Below are positions 14,401 through 27,759 of a stretch of 64,000 nt of DNA, in pieces (position 1 is the stretch's first letter; each line of letters opens with the position of its first letter). Source of the DNA: the human T2T-CHM13v2.0 reference genome, Homo sapiens; NCBI RefSeq assembly GCF_009914755.1, contig NC_060933.1. One strand, written 5' to 3'. The notes below the pieces were generated by a model. It did no database searches, was not told the DNA's origin, and saw only the letters and a list, made by a program, of their open reading frames with translations. The position numbers were made by a program, and so were the translations under genes.

Positions 14401-15708
14401 CTTACTCTCCATTACATTCCATTCCATTCGGGTTATTCCATTCCATTCCATTCCATTCCACTCCATTCCATTGCACTCGGGTTGATTCCATTCCATTCCA
14501 TTCCATTCCATTCCATTCCGGATGATTCCATTCCATTGCATTCCGTTCCATTACATTCCCCTGCACTCGCGTTGATTCCATTCCATTCCATTCCATTCCA
14601 TTCAATTCCATTCCATTACAATTCGTTCCATTCCATTCTATTCCGTACCATTCCATTCCATTCCATACCATTCCATTCCATTCCATTCCATTCCATTCCA
14701 TTCCGTTCCATTCCGTTCCATTCCATTCCATTCCATTCTATTCGGGTTAATTCCATTCCATTCCATTCCATTCCATTCTATTCCATTCCATTGCAATCGA
14801 GTTGAATCCATTGCATTTCATTCCATTCCATTCCATTCCATTCCATTCCGGAAGATTCCATTCCATTGCATTCCATTCCATTCCATCTCCCTGCACTCGC
14901 GTTGATTCCATTCCATTCCATTCCATTCCATTCTATTCCATTCCGTTCCGTTCCGTTCCGTTCCATTCCATTCCATTCCATTCCATTCCGTTCCGTTCCA
15001 TTCCATTCCATTCCATTCTATTCGGGTTAATTCCATTCCATTCCATTCGATTGCAATCGTGTCGATTCCATTCCATTCCATTCCATTCCATTCCATTCCA
15101 TTCCATTCCATTCCTTTCCATTCCATTACGGATGATTCCATTCCATTGCATTCCATTCCATTCCATTCCCCTGTACTCGGGTTGATTCCATTCCATTGCA
15201 TTCCAATCCATGTCCTTCCACTCGTGTTGATTCCATTCTTTCCATTCCATTCAAGTTGAATCCATTCCATTGCATTCCATTCCATTCGATTCCATTCGAT
15301 TGCACACTGGTTGATTCCATTCCATTGCATTCCATTCCATTCCATTCCATTCCGTTCCTTTCCATTCCATTACATTCGGATTGATTCTATTCAATTCCCT
15401 TACACTCCATTACATTCCATTCCATTCGGGTAGTTTCCATTCCATTCCATTCCATTCCTCTCCATTCCATTGCACTCGGGTTGATTCCATTCCATTGCAT
15501 TCCATTCCATTCCATTCCATTCAATTCCATTCCGTTCCATTCCATTCCATTAAATTCGGATTGATTCTATTCAACTCCCTTAGTCTCCAATACATTCCAT
15601 TCCATTCGGGTTGTTCCATTCCATTCCATTCCATTCCACTCCATTCCATTGCACTCGGGTTTATTCCATTCCATTCCATTCCATTCCATTCCATTCAATT
15701 CCATTCCA

Positions 15709-15721
15709 TTCTGGAAGATTC
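15709..15721. promoter_or_regulatory. Candidate heat-shock element, CpG-free variant TTCTGGAAGATTC (also at 18380 and 29745)
   Basis: Perfect TTCnnGAAnnTTC. A C>T change at the spacer CpG brings it closer to the TTCTAGAA-type HSF1 consensus. Function is inferred. Confidence 0.45.
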
Positions 15722-15880
15722 CATTCCATTCCATTCCATTCCATTCCGTTCCGTTCCGTTCCGTTCCATTCCATTCTATTCCATTCTATTCGGGTTAATT
15801 CCATTCCATTCCATTTGATTGCAATTGAGTTGATTCCATTCCATTCCATTCCATTCCATTCCATTCTATTCCTTTCCATT

Positions 15881-15960
15881 CCATTATGGATGATTCCATT
15901 CCATTGCATTCCATTCCATTCCATTATGGATGATTCCATTCCATTGCATTCCATTCCATT
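15881..15960. repeat. Perfect 40-bp tandem duplication
   Basis: CCATTATGGATGATTCCATTCCATTGCATTCCATTCCATT occurs twice. Both copies carry the private ACGG>ATGG change. Confidence 0.85.
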
Positions 15961-16240
15961 CCATTCCATTCCCCTGTACTCGGGTTAATTCCATTCCATT
16001 CCATTCCAATCCATGCCATTGCACTCCTGTTGATTCCATTCTTTCGATTCCATTCAAGTTGAATCCATTCCATTGCATTCCATTCCATTCCATTCCCCTG
16101 TAGTCGGGTTGATTCCATTCCATTCCATTCCATTCCATTCCATTCCATTCCATTCCGTTCCGTTCCATTCCATTCCATTCCTTTCTATTGGGGTTAATTC
16201 CATTCCATTCCATTCCATTCCATTCCATTCCATTCCATTC

Positions 16241-16420
16241 CAATCAATTTGATTCCATTGCATTCCATTCCATTCCATTCCATTCCATTCCACTCCTATC
16301 CAGTCCTTTCCATTCCATTCCATTCCATTCCAATCAATTTGATTCCATTGCATTCCATTCCATTCCATTCCATTCCATTCCACTCCTTTCCAGTCCTTTC
16401 CATTCCATTCCACTCGGGTT
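16241..16420. repeat. 90-bp tandem duplication
   Basis: CAATCAATTTGATTCCATTG...CAGTCCTTTC starts at both 16241 and 16331. The sister unit has one copy, at 18957. Confidence 0.88.
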
Positions 16421-19400
16421 GATTCCAATGTATTCCTTTCCATTCCTTTCCATTCCATTGCAATCGAGTTGATTCCATTGCTTTGCATTCCATTCCATTC
16501 CATTCCGGATGATTCCATTCCATTGCATTGCATTCCATTCCATTCCCCTGCACTCGGGTTGATTCCATTCCATTCCACTCCATTCCGTTCCATTCCATTC
16601 CATTCCATTGTATTCGGGTTAATTCCATTCCATTCCATTCCATTCCATTCCATTCCATTCCATTACAATCGAGTTGATTCCATTCCATCCCATTCCATTC
16701 CAGTCCTTTCCATTCCATTCCACTCGGGTTGATTCCATTCTATTAGTTTCCATTCCATTCCATTCCCTTCCATTCCACTCTGGTTGCTTCCATTCCTTTC
16801 CATTCCACTCGAATACATTCCCTCCTATTCCACTCGGAACGATTCCATTCCATTCCATTCCATTCCATTCCATTCCATTCCATTCCATTCCATTCCATTT
16901 CGTTCCATTCCATTCCATTCCGTATCATTCCATTCCATTCCATTCCATTAAATTCCATTCCATTCCATTCCATTGTACTCGGGTTGATTCCATTCCATTG
17001 CATTCCATTCCATTCCATTCCATTCCATTCCGTTGCATTCCATTCCATTACATTCGGATTGATTCTATTCAACTCCCTTACTCTCCATTACATTCCATTC
17101 CATTCGGGTTGTTCCATTCTATTCCATTCCATTCCACTCCATTCCATTGCACTCGGTTTGATTCCATTCCATTCCATTCCATTCCATTCCATTCCATTCC
17201 GGATGATTCCATTCCATTGCATTCCGTTCCATTACATTCCCCTGCACTCGCGTTGATTCCATTCCATTCCATTCCATTCCATTCAATTCCATTCCATTAC
17301 AATTCGTTCCATTCCATTCTATTCCGTACCATTCCATTCCATTCCATACCATTCCATTCCATTCCCTTCCATTCCATTCCGTTCCATTCCGTTCCATTGC
17401 ATTCCATTCCATTCTATTCGGGTTAATTCCATTCCATTCCATTCCATTCCTTTCTATTCCATTCCATTGCAATCGAGTTGAATCCATTGCATTTCATTCC
17501 ATTCCGTTCCATTCCATTCCATTCCGGAAGATTCCATTCCATTGCATTCCATTCCATTCCATCTCCCTGCACTCGCGTTGATTTCATTCCATTCCATTCC
17601 ATTCCATTCCATTCCCTTCCGTTCCGTTCCGTTCCATTCCTTTCCATTCCATTCCATTCGGTTCCGTTCCATTCCATTCCATTCCATTCTATTCGGGTTA
17701 ATTCCATTCCATTCCATTCAATTGCAATCGTGTTGATTCCATTCCATTCCATTCCATTCCATTCCATTCCATTCCTTTCCATTCCATTACGGATGATTCC
17801 ATTCCATTGCATTCCATTCCATTCCATTCCCCTGAACTCGGGTTGATTCCATTCCATTGCATTCCAATCCATGCCCTTCCACTCCTGTGGATTCCATTCT
17901 TTCCATTCCATTCAAGTTGAATCCATTCCATTGCATTCCATTCCATTCGATTCCATTCGATTGCACACTGTTTGATTCCATTCCATTGCATTCCATTCCA
18001 TTCCATTCCATTCCATTCCATTCCATTCCGTTCCTTTCCATTCCATTACATTCGGATTGATTCTATTCAATTCCCTTACACTCCATTGCATTCCATTCCG
18101 TTCGGGTAGTTTCCATTCCATTCCATTCCATTCCTCTCCATTGCATTGCACTCGGGTTGATTCCATTCCATTGCATTCCATTCCATTCCATTCCATTCAA
18201 TTCCATTCTGTTCTATTCCATTCCATTACATTCGGATTGATTCTATTCAACTCCCTTAGTCTCCATTACATTCCATTCCATTCGGGTTGTTCCATTCCAT
18301 TCCATTCCATTCCACTCCATTCCATTGCACTCGGGTTTATTCCATTCCATTCCATTCCATTCCATTCAATTCCATTCCATTCTGGAAGATTCCATTCCAT
18401 TGCATTCCATTCCATTCCATTCCCCTGCACTCGCGTTGATTCCATTCCATTCCATTCCATTCAATTCCATTCCATTCCATTCCTTTCCGTTCCATTCCAT
18501 TCCATTCCATTCCATTCCATTCCATTCCGTTCCGTTCCGTTCCATTCCATTCTATTCCATTCTATTCGGGTTAATTCCATTCCATTCCATTCGATTGCAA
18601 TCGAGTTGATTCCATTCCATTCCATTCCATTACATTCCATTCTATTCCTTTCCTTTCCATTCCATTACGGATGATTCCATACGATTGCATTCCATTCCAT
18701 TCCATTCCCCTGTACTCGGGTTGATTCCATTCCATTGCATTCCAATCCATGCCATTCCACTCGTGTTGATTCCATTCTTTCCATTCCATTCAAGTTGAAT
18801 CCATTCCATTGCATTCCATTCCATTCCGTTCCCCTGCAGTCAGGTTGATTCCATTCCATTCCATTCCATTCCATTCCGTTCCGTTCCATTCCATTCCATT
18901 CCTTTCTATTCGGGTTAATTCCATTCCATTCCATTCCATTCCATTCCATTCCATTCCAATCAATTTGATTCCATTCCATTCCATTCCATTCCATTCCATT
19001 CCATTCCATTCCACTCCATTCCAGTCCTTTCCATTCCATTCCACTCGGGTTGATTCCAATGTATTCCTTTCCATTCCTTTCCATTCCATTGCAATCGAGT
19101 TGGTTCCATTGCTTTGCATTCCATTCCATTCCATTCCGGATGATTCCATTCCATTGCATTGCATTCCATTCCATTCCCCTGCACTCGGGGTGATTCCATT
19201 CCATTCCACTCCATTCCGTTCCATTCCATTCCATTCCATTGTATTCGGGTTAATTCCATTCCATTCCATTCCATTCCATTCCATTCCATTCCATTACAAT
19301 CGAGTTGATTCCATTCCATTCCATTCCATTGCAGTCTTTCCATTCCATTCCACTCGGGTTGATTCCATTCTATTAGTTTCCATTCCATTCCATTCCCTTC

Positions 19401-21324
19401 CATTCCACTCTGGTTGCTTCCATTCCTTGCCATTCCACTCGAATACATTCCCTCCTATTCCACTCGGAACGATTCCATTCCATTCCATTCCATTCCATAC
19501 CATTCCATTCCATTCCACTCCATTTCGTTCCATTCCATTCCATTCCGTATCATTCCATTCCATTCCATTCCATTCCATTCCATTCCATTCCATTCCATTC
19601 CATTCCATTGTACTCGGGTTGATTCCATTCCATTGCATTCCATTCCATTCCATTCCATTCCATTCCGTTGCATTCCATTCCATAACATTCGGATTGATTC
19701 TATTCAACTCCCTTACTCTCCATTACATTCCATTCCATTCGGGTTGTTTCATTCTATTCCATTCCATTCCACTCCATTCCATTGCACTCGGGTTGATTCC
19801 ATTCCATTCCATTTCATTCCATTCCATTCCGGATGATTCCATTCCATTGCATTCCGTTCCATTACATTCCCCTGCACTCGCGTTGATTCCATTCCATTCC
19901 ATTCCATTCCATTCAATTCCATTCCATTACAATTCGCTCCATTCCATTCTATTCCGTACCATTCCATTCCATTCCATACCATTCCATTCCATTCCATTCC
20001 ATTCCATTCCGTTCCATTCCGTTCCATTCCATTCCATTCCATTCTATTCGGATTAATTCCATTCCATTCCATTCCATTCCATTCTATTCCATTCCATTGC
20101 AATCGAGTTGAATCCATTGCATTTCATTCCATTCCATTCCATTCCATTCCGGAAGATTCCATTCCATTGCATTCCATTCCATTCCATTCCCCTGCACTCG
20201 CGTTGATTCCATTGCATTCCATTCCATTCCATTCCATTCCGTTCCGTTCCATTCCATTCCATTCCATTCCATTCCATTCCATTCCGTTCCGTTCCATTCC
20301 ATTCCATTCCATTCTATTCGGGTTAATTCCATTCCATTCCATTCGATTGCAATCGAGTTGATTCCATTCCATTCCATTCCATTCCATTCCATTCCGTTCC
20401 ATTTCGTTCCTTTTCATTCCATTACGGATGATTCCATTCCATTGCATTCCATTCCATTCCATTCCCCTGTACTCGGGTTGATTCAATTCCATTCCATTCC
20501 AATCCATGCCATTCCACTCGTGTTGATTCCATTCTTTCCATTCCATTCAAGTTGAATCCATTCCATTGCATTCCATTCCATTCGATTCCATTCGATTGCA
20601 CTCGGGTTGATTCCATTCCATTGCATTCCATTCCATTACATTCCATTCCATTCCATTCCATTCCGTTCCATTCCATTTCATTACATTCAGATTGATTCTA
20701 TTCAATTCCCTTACACTCCATTATATTCCAATCCATTCTGGTTGTTTCCATTCCATTCCATTCCATTTCACTCCATTCCATTGTACTCGGGTTGATTCCA
20801 TTCCATTCCATTCCATTGCATTCCATTCCATTCCATTCCGGATGATTCCATTCCATTGCATTCCTTTCCATTCCATTCCCCTGCACTCGGGTTGATTCCA
20901 TTCCATTGCATTCCATTCCATTCCATTCCATTCCATTCCATTCCATTCCATTCCGTTCCATTCCATTCCATTACATTCGGATTGATTCTATTCAATTCCC
21001 TTACACTCCATTACATTCCATTCCATTCGGGTAGTTTCCTTTCCATTCCATTCCATTCCTCTCCATTCCATTGCACTCGGGTTGATTCCATTCCATTCCA
21101 TTCCTTTACATTACATTGCATTACATTACATTCCGTTCCATTGTACTCGGGTTGATTCCATTCCATTGCATTCCATTCCATTCGATTCCATTTCATTCCA
21201 TTCCATTCCGTTCCATTCCATTACATTCGGATTGATTCTATTCAACTCCCTAACTCTCCATTCCATTCCATTCCATTCAATTCAATTCCATTCCGTTCTA
21301 TTCCATTCCATTACATTCGGATTG

Positions 21325-23720
21325 ATTCTATTCAACTCCCTTACTCTCCATTACATTCGATTCCATTCGGGTTGTTCCATTCCATTCCATTCCATTCCAC
21401 TCCATTCCATTGCACTCGGGTTGATTCCATTCCATTCCATTCCATTCCGGAAGATTCCATTCCATTACATTCCATTACATTCCATTCCCCTGCACTCGTG
21501 TTGATTCCATTCCATTCCATTCCATTCCATTCCATTCAATTCCATTCCTTTCCGTTCCATTCCATTCCATTCCATTCCGTTCCGTTCCGTTCCGTTCCGT
21601 TCCATTCCATTCCATTCCATTCTATTCGGGTTAATTCCATTCCATTCCATTCGATTGCAATCGAGTTGATTCCATTCCATTCCATTCCATTCCATTCCAT
21701 TCCATTCCTTTCCATTCCATTACGGATGATTCGATTCCATTGCATTCCATTCCATTCCATTCCCCTGTACTCGGGTTGATTCCATTCCATTCCATTCCTA
21801 TCCATGCCATTCCACTCGTGTTGATTCCATTCTTTCCATTCCATTCAAGTTGAATCCATTCCATTGCATTCCATTCCATTCGATTCCATTCGATTGCACT
21901 CGGGTTGATTTCATTCCATTGCACTCCATTCCATTCCATTTCATTCCATTCCATTCCTTTCCATTCCATTCCATTCCATTCCATTCCATTCCATTCCATT
22001 CCATTGCAATCGAGTTGATTACATTCCATTCCTTTCCATTCCATTCCATTGCCTTGCATTCCACTCGGGTTGATTCCATTCCCTTCTTTCCACTCCATTA
22101 CATTCCCTTCCATTCCACTCGGAATGATTGATTCCATTCCATTCCACTCCATTTCATTCCATTGCAATCCATTCCAATCCATTCCATTCCATTCCATTCC
22201 ACTCGAGTTGATTTCATTCCATTCCTTTCCATTCCATTCCATTCCTTTCCACTCCAGTTGATTCCATTCCATTCCATTCCATTGCATTCCATTCCATGCC
22301 ATTCCACTCGGGTTGATTCCATTCCATTCCATTCCATTCCGTTCCATTCCATTCCATTCCACTGCATTCCATTACATTCCTTTCCCCTGCACTCGGGTTG
22401 ATTCCATTGCATTCCATTCCATTTAATTCCATTCCATTCCATTCCATTCCATTCCATTCCATTCCATTCCAATGCGTTCCATTCCATTCCATTCTATTCC
22501 ATTGCAATCGACTTGATTCCATTCCATTCCATTCCATTCCATTCCATTCCATTCCATTCCATTCCATTTTGTTCCAATCCATTCTATTCCGAACCATTCC
22601 ATTCCATTCCATTCCATTCCATTCCATTCCATTCCATGCCATTCCACTCGGGTTGATTCCATTCCTTTCCATTCCATTCGGGTAGAATCCAATCCACTCC
22701 ATTCCATTCCATTCGAATCCATTCCGTTGCACTCGGGTTGATTCCATTCCATTCGATACCATTCCATTCCATTCCATTCCGTTCGATTCCATTTCATTAC
22801 ATTCAGATTGATTCTATTCAATTCCCTTACACTCCATTATATTCCAATCAATTCTGCTTGTTTCCATTCCATTCCATTCCATTTCACTCCATTCCATTGC
22901 ACTCGGTTTGATTCCATTCCATTCCATTCTCTTCCATTCCGGATGATTCCATTCCATTGCATTCCATTCCATTCCATTCCCCTGCACTCAGGTTGATTCC
23001 ACTCCATTCCATTCCACTCCATTCGGTTCCGTTCCATTCCATTCTATTGCATTCCATTCTATTAGGGTTAATTCCATTCCATTCTATTCCATTCCATTCC
23101 ATTCCATTCCATTGCAATGGAGTTGATTCCATTCCATTCCATTCCATTCCGGATGATTCCATTCCATTGCATTCCATTCCATTCCATTCCCCTGCACTCG
23201 TGTTGATTCCATTACCTTCCATTCCATTCCATTCCGTTCCATTCCATTGCATTCCTTTCTATTCCGGTTAATTCCATTCCATTCCATTCCATTCCATTCC
23301 ATTCCATTGCAATCGAGTTGATTCCATTCCATTCCTTTCCATTCCATTCCATTGCCTTGCATTCCAATCGGGTTGATTCCATTCCCTTCTTTCCACTCCA
23401 TTACATTCCCTTACATTCCACTCGGAATGATTGATTCCATTCCATTCCATTCCATTTCATTCCGTTGCAATCCATTCCAATCTATTCCATTCCATTCCAT
23501 TCCACTCGAGTTGATTTCATTCCATTCCTTTCCATTCCATTCCATTCCTTTCCACTCGAGTTGATTCCATTCCATTCCATTCCATTGCATTCCATTCCAT
23601 GCCATTCCACTCGGTTTGATTCCATTCCTTTGCATTCCATTCCATTCCATTCCATTCCATTCCATTCCATTCCATTCCGTTGCATTCCATTCCATTACAT
23701 TCGGATTGATTCTATTCAAC
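21325..23720. repeat. Duplicated block A, copy 2 (has an extra ~249 bp at ~21707-21956)
   Basis: Same markers as copy 1. The offset changes from ~9054 to 9303 across the extra segment. Confidence 0.88.
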
Positions 23721-26700
23721 TCCCTTACTCTCCATTACATTCCATTCCATTCGGGTTGTTCCATTCCATTCCATTCCATTCCACTCCATTCCATTGAACT
23801 CGGGTTGATTCCATTCCATTCCATTCCATTCCGGATGATTCCATTCCATTGCATTCCTTTCCATTACATTCCCCTGCACTCGCGTTGATTCCATTCCATT
23901 CCATTCCATTCCATTCAATTCCATTCCATTACAATTCGTTCCATTCCATTCTATTCCGTACCATTCCATTCCATTCCATACCATTCCATTCCATTCCATT
24001 CCATTCCATTCCATTCCATTCCATTCCGTTCCATTCCGTTCCATTCCATTCCATTCCATTCTATTCGGGTTAATTCCATTCCATTCCATTCCATTCCATT
24101 CCATTCTATTCCATTCCATTGCAATCGAGTTGAATCAATTGCATTTCATTCCATTCCATTGCATTCCATTCCATTGCGGAAGTTTCCATTCCATTGCATT
24201 CCATTCCATTCCATTCCCCTGCACTCGCGTTGATTCCATTCCATTCCATTCTATTCCATTCCATCCATTCCGTTCCGTTCTGTTCCATTCCATTCCATTC
24301 CATTCCATTCCGTTCCGTTCCATTCCATTCCATTCCATTCTATTCGGGTTAATTCCATTCCATTCCATTCGATTGCAATCGAGTTGATTCCATTCCATTC
24401 CATTCCATTCCATTCCATTCCTTTCCATTCCATTACGGATGATTCCATTCCATTGCATTCCATTCCATTCCATTCCCCTGCACTCGGGTTGATTCCATTC
24501 CATTCCATTCCAATCCATGCCATTCCACTCGTGTTGATTCCTTTCTTTCCATTCCATTCAAGTTGAATCCATTCCATTGCATGCCATTCCATTCGATTCC
24601 ATTCGATTGCACTCGGGTTGATTCCATTCCATTGCATTGCATTCCATTCCATTCCATTCCATTCCATTCCGTTCCATTCCATTCCATTACATTCGGATTG
24701 ATTCTATTCAATTCCCTTACACTCCATTACATTCCATTCCATTCGGGTAGTTTCCATTCCATTCCATTCCATTCCTCTCCATTCCATTGCACTCGGGTTG
24801 ATTCCATTCCATTGCATTCCATTCCATTCCATTCAATTCCATTCCGTTCCATTCCATTCCATTACATTCGGATTGATTCTATTCATCTCCCTTACTCTCC
24901 ATTACATTCCATTCCATTCGGGTTGTTCCATTCCATTCCATTCAATTCCACTCCATTCCATTGCACTCGGGTTTATTCCATTCCATTCCATTCCATTCCA
25001 TTCCATTCCGGAAGATTCCATTCCATTGCATTCCATTCCATTCCATTCCCCTGCACTCGCGTTGATTCCATTCCATTCCATTCCATTCCATTCCATTCCA
25101 TTCCATTCCATTCCATTCCTTTCCGTTCCATTCCATTCCATTCCATTCCATTCCAATCCATTCCATTCCGTTCCGTTCCGTTCCATTCCATTCCATTCCA
25201 TTCTATTCGGGTTAATTCCATTCCATTCCATTCGATTGCAATCGAGTTTATTCCATTCCATTCCATTCCATTCCATTCCATTCCTTTACATTCCATTACG
25301 GATGATTAAATTCCATTGCATTCCATTCCATTCCATTCCCCTGTACTCGGGTTGATTCCATTCCATTCCATTCCAATCCATGCCATTCCACTCGTGTTGA
25401 TTCCATTCTTTCCATTCCATTCAAGTTGAATCCATTCCATTGCATTCCATTCCATTCCATTCCCCTGCAGTCGGGTTGATTCCATTCCATTCCATTCCAT
25501 TCCATTCCATTCCGTTCCGTTCCGTTCCATTCCATTCCATTCCATTCTATTCGGATTAATTCCATTCCATTCCATTCCATTCCATTCCATTCCATTCCAT
25601 TCCATTCCAATCGAGTTGATTCCATTCCATTCCATTCCATTCCATTCCACTCCATTCCAGTCCTTTCCATTCCATTCCACTCGGGTTGATTCCAATGTAT
25701 TCCTTTAAATTCCATTCCATTCCATTGCAATCGAGTTGATTCCATTGCTTTGCATTCCATTCCATTCCATTCCATTCCGAATGATTCCATTCCATTGCAT
25801 TCCATTCCATTCCATTCCCCTGCACTCGGGTTGATTCCATTCCATTCCACTCCATTCCGTTCCATTCCATTCCATTCCATTGTATTCGGGTTAATTCCAT
25901 TCCATTCCATTCCATTCCATTCCATTCCATTCCGTTGCATTCCATTCCATTACATTCGGATTGATTCTATTCAACTCCCTTACTCTCCATTACATTCCAC
26001 TCCATTCGGGTTGTTCCATTCCATTCCATTCCATTCAGCTCCATTCCATTGCACTCGGGTTGATTCCATTGCATTCCTTTCCATTCCATTCCATTCCGGA
26101 TGATTCCATTCCATTGCATTCCGTTCCATTACATTCCCATGCACTCGCGTTGATTGCATTCCATTCCATTCCATTCCATTCAATTCCATTCCATTACAAT
26201 TCGTTTCATTCCATTCTATTCCGTACCATTCCATTCCATTCCATACCATTCCATTCCATTCCATTCCATTCCATTCCATTCCGTTCCATTCCGTTCCTTT
26301 CCATTCCATTCCCTTCTATTCGGATTAATTCCATTCCATTCCATTCCATTCCATTCTATTCCATTCCATTGCAATCGAGTTGAATCCATTGCATTTCATT
26401 CCATTCCATTCCTTTCCATTCCGGAAGATTCCATTCCATTGCATTCCATTCCATTCCATTCCCCTGCACTCGCGTTGATTCCATTCCATTCCATTCCATT
26501 CCATTCCATTCCATTCCGTTCCGTTCCATTCCATTCCATTCCATTCCATTCCATTCCGTTCCATTCCATTCCATTCCATTCCATTCCATTCCATTCCATT
26601 CCGTTCCGTTCCATTCCATTCCATTCCATTCTATTCGGGTTAATTCCATTCCATTCCATTCGATTGCAATCGAGTTGATTCCATTCCATTCCATTCCATT

Positions 26701-27759
26701 CCATTCCATTCCATTCCATTCCATTCGATTCCTTTCCATTCCATTACGGATGATTCCATTCCATTGCATTCCATTCCATTCCGTTCCCCTGTACTCGGGT
26801 TGATTCCATTCCATTCCATTCCAATCCATGCCATTCCACTCGTGTTGATTCCATTCTTTCCATTCCATTCAAGTTGAATCCATTCCATTGCATTCCATTC
26901 CATTCGATTCCATTCGATTGCACTCGGGTTGATTCCATTCCATTGCATTCCATTCCATTCCATTCCATTCCATTCCATTCCATTCCATTCCATTCCATTC
27001 CGTTCCATTCCATTCCATTACATTCGGATTGATTCTATTCAATTCCCTTACACTCCATTACATTCCATTCCATTCGGGTAGTTTCCATCCCGTTCCATTC
27101 CATTCCTCTCCATTCCATTGAACTCGGGTTGATTCCATTCCATTGAATTCCATTCCATTCCATTCAATTCCATTCCGTTCCATTCCATTCCATTACATTC
27201 GGATTGATTCTATTCAACTCCCTTACTCTCCATTACATTCCATTCCATTCGGGTTGTTCCATTCCATTCCATTCCATTCCACTCCATTCCATTGCACTCG
27301 GGTTTATTCCATTCCATTCCATTCCATTCCATTCTATTCGGGTTAATTCCATTCAATTCCATTCCATTCCATTCCATTCCATTCCATTCCATTCCCTTCC
27401 ATTCCTTTCTATTCCATTCCATTCCATTCTATTCGGGTTAATTCCACTCCATTCCATTCAATTCCATTCCATTCCATTCCGGATGATTCCATTATACTTC
27501 ATTGCATTCCATTCCATTCCCCTGCACTCGGGTTGATTCCATTCCATTCCATTACATTGCATTCTGTTCCATTCCATTCCATTCCATTCGGATTGATTCT
27601 ATTCAATTCTCTTACACTCCGTTACATTCCATTCCATTCGGGTAGTTTCCATTCCATTCCATTCCATTCCATTCCTCTCCATTCCATTGCATTCTGGTTG
27701 ATTCCATTCCATTGTATTCCCTTCCATTCCATTCCTTTCCATTCCATTCTACTCGGGTT

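Larger units (their letters stand above)
14350..19670. repeat. Tandem pair of ~2.63-2.68 kb higher-order units (~14350-17030 and ~17030-19670), with a partial third copy to ~20600
   Basis: Rare variants at near-constant offset: CATCTCCCTGC (14884/17560), TGCACACT (15301/17962), TAGTCTCC (15581/18257), TTCTGGAAG (15709/18380), CAATCAATTTG (16331/18957), TGGTTGCTTCC (16781/19411). Confidence 0.9.
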
